Positions 1-12,637 of a stretch of 64,000 nucleotides of DNA are shown here, piece by piece. Within the stretch, counting starts at the first letter, position 1. Every line of letters starts with the position of its first letter. Below the pieces are notes generated by a model that had not been told where the DNA came from, searched no databases, and saw only the letters and a list, made by a program, of their open reading frames with translations. The stretch lies in assembly GCF_009914755.1 (NCBI RefSeq), contig NC_060944.1, one strand, 5' to 3'. This DNA is from the human T2T-CHM13v2.0 reference genome, Homo sapiens. The position numbers and the translations under genes are program-made.

Positions 1-1065
1 AAGTGACAGACACATTAGCACTAGGCGATTTTTGTGAATTTTGGGACTAAAAGACACCTGGAAGAAACATAAGGTGTTCTTTCCTTCGCCACCAAATACA
101 CAGGTAAGTGTGTCTATAGATAGCAAAGGTGTTTTCATCCCAAAGAAAAGTTAAGACTTAGGATGTAAAAAAATACAGAAAACAAAACATAGCCTAGGCG
201 AACCAGCTACAGATCACATGCAGCAGGTGACAGGAAGCCTTGTGGACACCTCACACCCACAGGGGCGAGCTTCATCACAGGTCAACTCCAAGCCCACCTG
301 AGCTCCTCAGAACCTCCACCTGGCAGGCCATAAACCAGAAGGTGGCAGACAGCATCACTGTCATGCCGGTAATAAAGGAGAAGCAGCCTCCCTGAACCCA
401 AGAAAACCACCCCTCTCTCCAAGCAGGAAGAGAAGGCCCCTTCACACCAAGGACACAAAGAAACTGAAGCAGCCAGACCCAAAATAAAAATTAAATTTAA
501 AAAGCAGCATGGGAAGACAGATGACAAATCTGTGCTGGGATCGCCTGGAATCTCGGTCTATATGGGGGTCTCACACTCAAAAGTAAAAATAAAATTTAAA
601 AGGGGGATGACAGAGATGAGAGCCCAATTAGGTCTGTGCTGGGTTCACTTGGGGTCTCGGTCTACTTAGGGTCTCAGACTCAAAAATAAAATTTTAAAAA
701 TGAAAGGGGGAGGTGACAGTTCAATGTGTGCACGTGATGACCACTTGGGATCCAGTTCACTTGCTGGGAGGACAGGGGACAGGTACCTCTGTGCCCGGCC
801 TCCAGGTTCTCCGGGAGCGCAGGCGCCCAGCGAGAATCTGGGCTAAGTTTAACTCGAGGGCGACGGGAGCAGTGCCCGAGGGCCAGGCTGCGGCTTTCTG
901 GAAACAAAGCCCCGGGGGTCCAAGCCCAGATCCAGGGAAGGGGGTCGGACGCCCACCCATCCCCCTCCCCAGCCTCCCAGCCACCGACCCCTGCACAGAG
1001 GAGCGCCCTCCCGGCAGGTGCCCCTAACCCGGCGCCCCGACCCCCGCGCCCGGCGCGCGCCTCAC
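1..1065 (-). other. RALGAPA2: RALGAPA2 intron 1 (5' part)
   Basis: Begins at the GTGAG donor after exon 1; no further RALGAPA2 coding sequence recognised. Confidence 0.9.
475..719. repeat. Degenerate ~104-bp tandem repeat, ~2.5 copies
   Basis: tctgtgctggg...tctcggtcta...gggtctca(c/g)actcaaaa...aggggga..tgacag recurs at 529 and 633; partial copy at ~475. Confidence 0.75.
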
Positions 1066-1171
1066 CCAGCAGCGCCCGCAGGTGCTTCAGGCGGGTCAGC
1101 ACGTCCTTCTTCGGGTCCAGCACCTTCTGGGTGGACTTCTTCACATCCCCGTGGCTCCTTCGGGAGAACAT
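1066..1171 (-). CDS. RALGAPA2: RALGAPA2 coding exon 1 (Ral GTPase-activating protein alpha-2 subunit N-terminus)
   Basis: ATG at 1171-1169 encodes [35 protein letters not shown], recognised as the RALGAPA2 N-terminus. 35 codons + 1 nt are followed by a canonical donor G|GTGAG (ctcac at 1061-1065). The rest of the gene lies beyond the left edge. Confidence 0.97.
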
Positions 1172-1290
1172 CCCGCGGCAGGAAGCCCGGGCCCCGCCGG
1201 CGGGGCAGTAGGCGCCTGCGCCACGCGAATCAAAGCATAGGGTCGAGGCCGGCGCGTGTCGCGCGGGCCACTCGCCGCCCCCAGCCCCGC

Positions 1291-1336
<46 letters not shown>

Positions 1337-1355
1337 TCAGCTGTGTCTCCAGGAA
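1172..1355 (-). other. RALGAPA2: RALGAPA2 5' UTR / leader (TSS position approximate)
   Basis: GC-rich sequence between the ATG and the GC boxes at ~1380-1430; upstream limit inferred. Confidence 0.6.
1295..1336 (-). repeat. (GGC)14 / (GCC)14 trinucleotide repeat
   Basis: 42 bp pure GCC on + strand, adjacent to (GCT)2 at 1289-1294. Confidence 0.97.
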
Positions 1356-1591
1356 GGAGGGGCGGGCCGGTCACGGCGAGGGGCGGGGCAGGAAGGCGGT
1401 GTCGACGGGGAACCGAAGGCCCCGCCCCGCGGGAGGTGCCGGCCGGCCCCTTGGGCGCTACGCACGCGCACACAGGCCGAACTCTCCTGGCGGGACACTA
1501 GCCCGTCCGCGCCAAAACCTAGCGGGGACGCGCTCAGAGGGCCGAGAAGGCGCCTCGAATCACAAAGGAGCTTCTCTCACGCACACGTTGT

Positions 1592-1612
1592 ACTACAAGT
1601 CCCGAGATGCAC
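1592..1612 (+). promoter_or_regulatory. ZNF143/THAP11-HCFC1 type motif (ACTACAnnTCCC extended SBS)
   Basis: ACTACAAGTCCCGAGATGCAC matches the ACTACAnnTCCCAnnATGCA-type consensus. Confidence 0.75.
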
Positions 1613-1709
1613 CGCGAGACAGTCCTCCAATCAGGCTGGCGGTCTTCGGCACGATGGGAGTCAGTGGGCCGGCATTGGGCACGTCGCCCCGCCCTGCCGC
1701 GGGCCGCAA

Positions 1710-1730
1710 GTGCTCCTGGGAAATGAAGTT
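1710..1730 (-). promoter_or_regulatory. Second ZNF143-type motif, opposite orientation
   Basis: Minus strand reads AACTTCATTTCCCAGGAGCAC. Confidence 0.55.
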
Positions 1731-2189
1731 CTCCAGCAGGCGACGCGCTGCGACCTCTTTTCCAGGGTCGCAGAAGCGCAGGGCGGCCTCTGTCCGTCCC
1801 CTGCCCCGGCAGCCTAGATCGCCCGTGGTTTCACTCTCCCTCCTGCGCGCCCACCCCATTTTCCTCTAGTGCAACGTGAACCACACACGCCCAAAAATCT
1901 CAGTAAGAAAAGTGTCAAGGCTTTTCAAATGCAAACTATTTTTAGGTTTAGCTTCTGGATTCACACAAGGGAGCGAGTCGAAGCCCCTCTGACCGTGCCG
2001 AAATCGCAGCTCTAATTTCACACTAAAATGAGTTGCTTTGGCACTAGGGAAGAGCGTGCCCCGGTGAGGAGTTCAGCCGGCCCCTAGGTTCCTGGAACCC
2101 AACCTCACTTGGGGTATGGAGGTCGCTCGCTCAGAGGGCTCCTTGGGATCTTGCCTCTTTGTAGGAAGGGTGCGTTCTCTGTTGTGCAA

Positions 2190-3595
2190 GCCACATGGCG
2201 ATCCAGTAGCAGAACCAGAAATAGAACCTGAGGGATCTGACTCAGGCCTGTATACTTTTTAAAGCCAGGCGCTTATTCCCTGGGGCAAGACTTTGAGCTG
2301 AAAGATGGTCAGGAGATTTCTTACACTGTAGGATTGTATAGTGGCATCCGAATCCTGCAAGTTTTGACATCCTTTCAGCTTTTTCAGCAAGTACTTAAGG
2401 TAGAATCACGTGGTTTCCATCCAAATTGGGACAACACAACTGTCTTTTTCTCCTCTAGCTGAACTGTAACTTGAGGGAAGAGACAAGGATTTACACGCCT
2501 TTGTATCCCCATCCCTCAGCACAGTATTTGGCCCATAGGGTCACTCAATAAAAGTTTATTAAATGAAATACAATAAAAAGCTAAAGTAGTCCTACATATT
2601 TCAACCAGGCAGGCGAAAAGGAAAAAATAAATAAATAAACTCACAGTTTTAGAGCGTCTCTCTATTTTTAGATTTGTGTAATATTCCTTTGTATAGACAC
2701 ATTCATACAAAGGAATATTACTCAGCAATAAAAAAGAACAGACTACTGATAAACCCAATAACATGGATCACTCTCAGACCCGGAGATGAAAGCCCCATGC
2801 TCAAGATGATGGCAGAGCGGCCCTACCAGCCTGAGTCCCCAGATGATAACAGATCAGGACCACAAACTTCTAAAAGTGTAACAAGAGAGCAAAATAATGT
2901 CTTATCTTAAGTCAAGGCATTTTGAGAGTCTTCGTTACAGCAATTGAGCTTGTACCTGATTACACATAGTAAACCACAATGTTCACTGTCCAATTCCTTT
3001 AGGAGAAGATACTTTTCCTTACACTGATTGAAAAAATAGAATATACTTGTCTTAGGAAACTCCATTTTTTTAATTGCAAAGCAAGCTGCCATCATCATCA
3101 AACATTTATTGAGCACCTGCAATGTGTAAGGCATGATTCTAAACCCTGGAGATAAAAGATGTATAAGGTGCATCCTCCTGACCTCCAATGCTTCCAATCC
3201 AGTTAAGGAGGCTGAGCGATTAGATACATGTGGGAATAAATGACAGTGTACAGTGAACATGTGATACTATCAAGCTTGGTAATGCCAGAAACAGGCATCT
3301 GTGCATATAAATTCATCGCACCCATCATATCTAGCCTTTACCCAGTAATGAAAATGTAGAACTCCAATTCTTCTCTTAAAAAGGAAGAAACATATAGTAT
3401 TATTATGTTGGTACTTTTTCACCCACTTGCATATTCCATATGGCTCTTCTTATTTTCTGTTGTTCTTTCTAAACTCGTTCCTGCTGGGCTGTGAACTCTT
3501 TGAGGGCTTCACTTGCTTTGCACTGAATTCTTTATCCCTGGAGTTATAGAGTGCCGAGTGTTATGCAGACATTAAGTGTTGTTGAATAAATGTCC
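2190..3595. mobile_element. Cluster of old MIR, L2, L1M and MaLR LTR fragments
   Basis: MIR-like ~2190-2260; L2 3' ends ~2455-2570 (+), ~3095-3270 (-), ~3480-3590 (+); L1M 3' end ~2695-2780; MLT1-like ~2780-2960. Confidence 0.55.
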
Positions 3596-3851
3596 TACAG
3601 TAATCAGCAAATAAGAATAATGAGATCAAAAGTTTAAAACTTGCAATGCAAATTAAAACTACTCTGAAATATCATTTGAATTAGAAAAAACAAGCAAACA
3701 AAAAACCTCTACAGAGACAAGGTGTGATAACACACTCTAGTCTGGTGGCAGAGCTATAGAAAACATAGCTGGTAGAAATGTTAGATGCTACAACTCTTAT
3801 GGAAGGAAATTTGGCAAAAATAAATATTTGCCTTTTGACCCAGAATTTCAA

Positions 3852-4423
<572 letters not shown>

Positions 4424-4470
4424 AGAATTTTGACTTCTAGGAATCTACCCTGCAGATATTCTAATATATA

Positions 4471-4720
4471 ACACTGGAAGGATTTAAAAAAAAACCTTAA
4501 CATTAATGCCTACCTAAGTGGGATAGAGGATGAGGTGGAAAGGACTCAGTGTCCTCTCTGAGTATATCTTTTTATATTTTTTTCATTTTTGAACCATGTA
4601 AATGTTTTCCATATTCAAAAATTGAAACAGAAAAAGACAAGCCTGAAAATAAAAAATAAATGGAAAAAATAAAACTAACAATATATGTAATTGGTAGGAT
4701 AACTCTATGGAGAAATAAAT
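4471..4720 (+). repeat. Copy 1 of a ~250-bp local direct duplication (L1M 3' UTR-like)
   Basis: Aligns by eye with 5444-5692. Confidence 0.9.
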
Positions 4721-4771
4721 ATAAAACCATGCATGGAAGTTTATTCCTTTCACCACTATTTATAATAGCCA

Positions 4772-5213
4772 ATGTAGTGGGTTGAACAGTGCCCACCCTT
4801 CCCCCCAAAAAGATATGTCTATGTCCTAATCCCTGAAAACTGTGACTGAGACTTTATTTGGCAGAAGGATCTTTGCAAATATAATAAGATCCTCAGTTAT
4901 CTGGGTAGACCCTAAATCCAATGACAAATGTGCTTGTAAGAAACAAAAGAAGTGAAAACATAGAAACAAAGGAGAAGGGCACATGAAGACCAAGGTAGAG
5001 ATTGAGGTTATGGAGCCACAAACGAAAAGACCCTTATAGCCAAGAGAAACTGGAAGAGGCAAGAAAGGATTCTCCCTTGGAGTCTTCCAGAGGAAGCCCA
5101 ACACCTTGATTTCAGACTTCAGGATTCCAGAACCGTGAGAAAATAAATTTCTGTTGTTTTAAGCCACGCAATTTGTGGTAATCTGTTGCAGCCACTCTAG
5201 AAAACGAGTATGA
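4772..5213 (+). mobile_element. MLT1 (MaLR) solo LTR
   Basis: tgtagtgggttgaa...gtcctaatccc start; aataaatttctgttgttttaagccac...ttgtggtaa end. Confidence 0.85.
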
Positions 5214-5443
5214 CCAGATACCAGAGAGAACCCTGTGATTGTCTAACAAGGTACTTATATACACATACATCTATAAGTGGCTAATTTAATCCAGTTCATC
5301 CACACAGTGTAGCACTATGGAGTACTATGCAGCTGTTTAAAAATAATGGGAAAATTTCGCGTGTACTGACTTGACATAATTTTCCAGATACGTTGTTAAA
5401 TATAAAAGGAACAGAATATTAAAAATTTTTTTTTCAAAAAGAA

Positions 5444-5692
5444 ACACTGGAAGGATAAATAAAAAGCTAACATCAATTCCTACCTAAGTGGGATGGAGGA
5501 TGAGGTGGAAAGGAATGAAACAGGGTCCTCTCTGAGTATACCTTTTTATATTTTTTTCACTTTTGAACCATATAAATGTTTTACATATTCAAAAATTAAA
5601 ATAGAAAAAGACAAACCTGAAAATCAAAAATAAATGAAAAAATAAACCCAACCGTATATGTAATTGGTAGCATAACTATATAGAGAAAATAA
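5444..5692 (+). repeat. Copy 2 of the ~250-bp duplication
   Basis: acactggaaggat...cctacctaagtgggat...gtaattggtag shared with 4471-4720. Confidence 0.9.
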
Positions 5693-5926
5693 TTATTTCA
5701 AGTGATTTTTGAAAACAGTATTCTGATTGTACCTCCTTAGAGGGATGTATTCTAAGGGCAAAAAGATCTGCAAAGAATTAATAATTATTATTAAGAACCA
5801 AGATTTTCAGTGTAAGAGAAAGGAGATACAAAAATATCACATCAAAGAAAATGTGAAAACTCTGTAATACTAGATTTTACTTCAAATATCCATTTGAACT
5901 CATAATTTAAAAATACAGCATGTGTT

Positions 5927-6230
<304 letters not shown>

Positions 6231-6287
6231 TGTCATACATGAATGAAATGAATGAATAAAAAGAAGGCCATACATTCTTTTCTATTT

Positions 6288-6929
<642 letters not shown>

Positions 6930-6944
6930 TATAAAAAGACTTTC

Positions 6945-7200
6945 TTTCCCACATTGAATTAACTTGGAGCATTGGTCAGTTATCAATCAACCGTGTACGT
7001 ATCTATTTCTGGATTCTCTGTTCTGTTTCATTGATCCAGTTGTTTAATCCTAGACCATTACCCCTCTGTCTTAAGCTTTATTGAAAGTCTTGATTTCAGG
7101 TAATGTATATTATCTTTGTTCAAGATTATTTTGGGTATCTAGGTCCTCTCCAATTCCATATAAATTTTAGAATCAGTTTGCCTATTTCCTTAAAAAAAAA
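6945..7200 (-). mobile_element. L1M fragment
   Basis: tctatttctggattctctgttctgtttcattgat...ccatataaattttagaatcagtttg typical antisense L1 ORF2. Confidence 0.75.
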
Positions 7201-7314
7201 AATCTGCTGTGTGTTCTTGTTCTTCTAATCTCTGTAAGTGCTAGAAGCAATCATCCCCAGTGGTAATGGAATATTGGTTTCCAAATACCATTCTCCATCC
7301 TAAGTAATCAGGTT

Positions 7315-7470
7315 CTTTTTTTTTTTAATGAATTAATTTTTAAAAAAAGTAGAGAGAGGGTTTTGTCATGTTGCCCAGACTGGTCTCGAACTCCTGGACT
7401 CAAGCAATCTGCACACCTCGGCCTCTCAAAATGCTAGGATTACAGGCGTGAGCCAGCACACACACAGCCA
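7315..7470 (-). mobile_element. Alu monomer (FLAM-like)
   Basis: Left-arm only. Confidence 0.8.
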
Positions 7471-7656
7471 TAATCAGAGTTCTTTAGAAAAATGGCTGAT
7501 TCCAGGTCTGGGGCAAGGAAAATACAGGGAATACATAAAAAACTGTACTCAAAGGTCAACGGGAAAGACTCAAAACAAAGGAGTCTATGGCCAAATGTGG
7601 GATAATTTGATCGTCAAAAAGAATAATGACTGTGATTGATTATAAATAAAAATTCA

Positions 7657-8151
<495 letters not shown>

Positions 8152-8308
8152 TCAAAAGATTTTTTTAATGTACTAGGTAAATATTTCAAGCAAAGGACAT
8201 TTCTTACACCTTTGTTGATTTCAGCAGACTTTCATCTGGCTAAAATCTTTTCTCAGTAACAAGTTGGAAACTTGATCTGAACTGGGTGTGTACTTTAAGG
8301 TCCTAATC

Positions 8309-8597
8309 AGCCAGGCACAGTGACTCACACCAACACTTTGAGAGACTGAGGTAGGAGGATCATTTGAGCTCAGGAGTTCAAGACCAGACTGGGTAATATA
8401 GTGAGACCCCATCTCTACAAAAAAAAATTTAAAATTTAAAAAATTAGCCACTTGGGAGGCTGAGGCAGGTGGATTGCTTGAGCCTGAGGTGCAGTGAGCC
8501 ATGATCCCACCACTGCACACCAGACTGGGTGACAGAGCAAGACCCTGTCTCAAAATAAATAAATAAATAAATAAAAGCAACAAAGAAAAAGAAAAAA
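8309..8597 (+). mobile_element. AluJ with internal deletions
   Basis: Divergent Alu with (AAAT)n tail; flanks gtcctaatca / ttcctaacca. Confidence 0.85.
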
Positions 8598-9538
8598 GTT
8601 CCTAACCACAGGACAATGCAGAGATCTGTCATCCTCTCTCTTCATCACATACCAGAGAAGCATCATGCTTTCCTGATAACACCAAATTGGATTTGATCTT
8701 TCAGGAAAACAGTAAACATGACAAAGTAAGCAAAATGGGATGAGAGATCAAGAAGGCCTCAATTCATTAATCAATTCTTCCATTTATTCATCAATAAACT
8801 CATCAATATCTGATGTTGTCTGGAGTAAAATTTCAGATTTTTTGTTTTTGTGTATAAATTCAAACCAATGAAGAGTTATTGAACAAATGCCATAGCTAAA
8901 TTGTGATGACCATAGTTTTGCATTTTCCCATTCTTTTCTATTGTACTGAAAAAATGGTCTTTCAGGGCCCTATGTGACAACTGCAACTTGGGTAATCTTT
9001 GAGATTAAATATTTATCAAACAACTCTACAATTCATTGTTGCCAGGCTTGCGCCCATCACAGCACCAGAGTCAACACTCAATCAATAATTGCTGAATGAA
9101 AAAATTCATTCACTTACTTGCTCATTAATATCTCAGTATTGTAATTAGGGAATTACAGTTCAGTACAATGTTTTCAAATTAATTAAAGTTTTATGCACCT
9201 AAATTTTAAAATTCTACTCTTCTTTTCCTAGAACTTTTTCTAAAATATGCCTTGGGCTTCCTGTCTGCTTAAGCAAATTCGTCATTTGTGAAACCATAAT
9301 TTATCCTTCCCCTCCCCACTCCACCCCCCTCTGTCTTTTTATAAATTGTTGTTACTACTTGCAACAAGGGAGAAATGCCTGGTAGGCCCTCCCCATCTAA
9401 TGTCAACCATCTCTTTCCCAAACACTCAATCACTGCTATCACAGACAATTTGTTTGCCTTTTTAACTTCAATAATTGGAATCATTCTAGATGCACAGAAT
9501 TTCAAGCACTGTAGTTTCCAGATAACCTAAAAGTTACT

Positions 9539-9850
9539 GGATGGGGCACAGTGGCTCATGTCTGTAATCCCAGCACTTTGGGAGCCTGAGGCAGAAGATC
9601 ACTTGAAACCAGGAATTCAAGACCAGCCTGGACAATTTAGCAAGACTCCATGTGTACAAAAAAATGAAAAATTAGTTGGGCAAGGTAGCATGTACCTGTA
9701 GTCCTAGTTACTGGAGAGGCTGAGGTGGGAGGATCACTTGAGTCCAGGACTTTGAGGGTGCACTGAGGTATGATCGTGCCACTGCACTCCAGCCTGGGTG
9801 ACAGAGCAAAAATCTTGTCTCTAAAAAAAAAAATATAAAAATAATTTAAA
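9539..9850 (+). mobile_element. AluJ hosting the LLPH retrocopy at its tail
   Basis: Alu consensus; left TSD TAAAAGTTACTG (9528-9539) recurs only at 11705-11716. Confidence 0.9.
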
Positions 9851-10063
9851 AGATCTTGTGGCATGTGTGTTTGTGAGTTTCTCAGGTAAAACATAGCTAA
9901 AAGCATACAGAGTAAGTGGAAAAGAAAGACGCAGGCTGAAAAGAGAAAAAAGAATGTCCCAGAGGAGTTCAGCAGGCTTAAAAATATTCTCCAAGTAGAC
10001 AGTGATGTCTTAATGAAAGACGTTTAAGGATAGCAACTGTGGTGGTGTCCAAACATTGACCTA

Positions 10064-10380
10064 GGCTGGGTGCAGTGGCTCAGGCCTGTAATCCCAGCAC
10101 TTTAGGAGGCCAAGGTGGGAGGATTACTCGAGGCCAGGAGTTAGAGACCAGCCTGGGCAACATGGCAAGACCCTGTCCCTACAAAAAGTTAAGAGAATTA
10201 GCTGGGTGTGGTGGCACGCTCCTGTAGTCCCAGTTACCAGAAGTCTGAAGAAGGAGGATCACCTGAGCCCAGGAGTTCAAGGCTGCAGTGAACGATGGTG
10301 GCGCCACTGCACTCCAGCCTGAGTGATCGTGTCTCAAAAAAGAAAGAAAGAGAGAGAGAGGAGAAAAGAAAAGAAAGAAA
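10064..10380 (+). mobile_element. AluJ inserted in the LLPH pseudogene CDS
   Basis: Splits KHC|EKM region; GA-rich tail. Confidence 0.92.
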
Positions 10381-10611
10381 GAAAATGCACTGTCAGCTAA
10401 AAGATGAAAAAGAGGACATGAAAATGGAAACTGAGATTAAGAGAAACAAAAAGACTTCTAGACCAGAATGGACAGTACCCAATATGGATTAACCAAAGGC
10501 AAAGAAAAAGGACAAAGGCAAAGCAAGATAAAAGAAAGGGGAAAAGCAAACCAAATGCAGTGAAGGCAGAGAAGGGTTTGGCCTGGTAGACCCTTAAAAA
10601 CTTGGGGCTGG

Positions 10612-10976
<365 letters not shown>

Positions 10977-11334
10977 TCAGCTCCCACCAAATGAAAACCA
11001 TTTCTTTTCATATTTTAACTTGGCCTTTTTTATTGAATTCAAACCCAATGTAACTCCTCAAGTTTGTTTTGGGAACTTGAATAAAATATTATCTTTGGCA
11101 CATGAAAATCACATTGATATTTTAATTGGATGCTACTCAGTATTCAGGTATCAAGCATCAAAATTCTGTCAAGTATTAATGTGGTTGTAATTGTCCTTAC
11201 AACTAAGTAATTATAGTCAGGAAACATAAAACAATGATATACTGACAAATTTTCTTAACTCAGATTTAAAGAAAGCTGTTATGTAAGCATATCAGTTATT
11301 ATAAAAAGCATAAAATTTATAAAAATATAACATT

Positions 11335-11656
<322 letters not shown>

Positions 11657-11979
11657 TCAGAATAAAAGATATTTTGTGTATAAAAATAAATTTTAAAAAT
11701 ACATTAAAAGTTACTGTTTTATTTTTCGATTTTTCTTTCATCGGAGAGTTTTTTTAGCTTGGGAGGATTTACTTTTTCAGACTGACAAAAATATCTTGTG
11801 CTTGCATGTTAATCCCAATTATCATGAATATTATGTTAATTTGAGTGTGTGGGAAAATTCCATTTTTAGCCACAAATTTTCCTATTGGATAAGCTCATTG
11901 TGTCTGTCCTTAGGAGCAAGATCTTTTAGGATGTCATGCATGCTGTGTGTCCTCATTTGGATGCCACTTTGCAATCTGA

Positions 11980-12150
11980 TTTTCTTTTTGTTTTTTCTTT
12001 TTTAAACAAGGCCTCACTCTGTCACCCATGCTGGAGTATAGTGGCATAATTGTAGCTCACTGAAGTCTCAAAATCCCGGGCTCCAGTGAGCCTCCCACCT
12101 CAGCCTCCCAAAGCACTGGAACTAGAGATGTCAGCCACTGCATTTGGTCC
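11980..12150 (-). mobile_element. Alu monomer / internally deleted Alu
   Basis: Alu 3' and 5' ends joined, poly-T tail. Confidence 0.75.
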
Positions 12151-12331
12151 TTATTTTCTATAAAACAGAAATTATAGTCCAATAAATTCAAGGTTTTTTT
12201 CTTGTATCAGCTTTCACTCTGAAATTTTGACCTAACATCTCCTCAATATCTATGTTGTGTCCGAGAATATATACCTGCCTAAAATTCCTAAGAAAGAAAG
12301 GACGATGACGTTTCATAAGAATGATACCCTT

Positions 12332-12637
12332 GGCCGGGCGCGGTCCCTCATGCCTGTAATCCCAGCACTTTTGGAGGCTGAGGTGGGCGGATCACCTGCA
12401 GTCAGGAGTTAGAGACCAGCCTGATCAACATGGAGAAACCCCATCACGAACAAAAGTACAAAATTAGCCGGGTGTGGTGGCATATGCCTGTAATCTCAGC
12501 TATTCAAGAGGCTGAGGCAGGAGAATCACTTGAACCCAGGAGGCGGAGGTTGCAGTGAGCCTAGATCGCACCATTGCACTCTAGCCTGGGCAACAAGAGG
12601 GAAACTCCATCTCAAAAAAAAAAAAAAAAAAAAAAAA
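12332..12637 (+). mobile_element. AluS (Sp/Sq-like)
   Basis: catggagaaaccc and gggcaacaagag diagnostics; long A tail. Confidence 0.92.

Larger units (their letters stand above)
790..2130. promoter_or_regulatory. CpG island promoter of RALGAPA2
   Basis: Dense CpG and high GC. GC boxes at ~1380 and ~1421, NRF1-like GCGCCTGCGC at 1212-1221, CCAAT at 1627-1631, ATTGG at 1674-1678. Confidence 0.9.

Noticed and set aside
680-1065. C-terminal 128 aa of the 163-aa ORF 680..1171
   Set aside because: Read-through into intron 1 past the GTGAG donor; only the first 35 codons are RALGAPA2.
1018-1869. 283-aa Arg/Pro-rich plus-strand ORF and other CpG-island ORFs
   Set aside because: Non-ATG start, low complexity; stop codons are expected to be scarce in GC-rich DNA.
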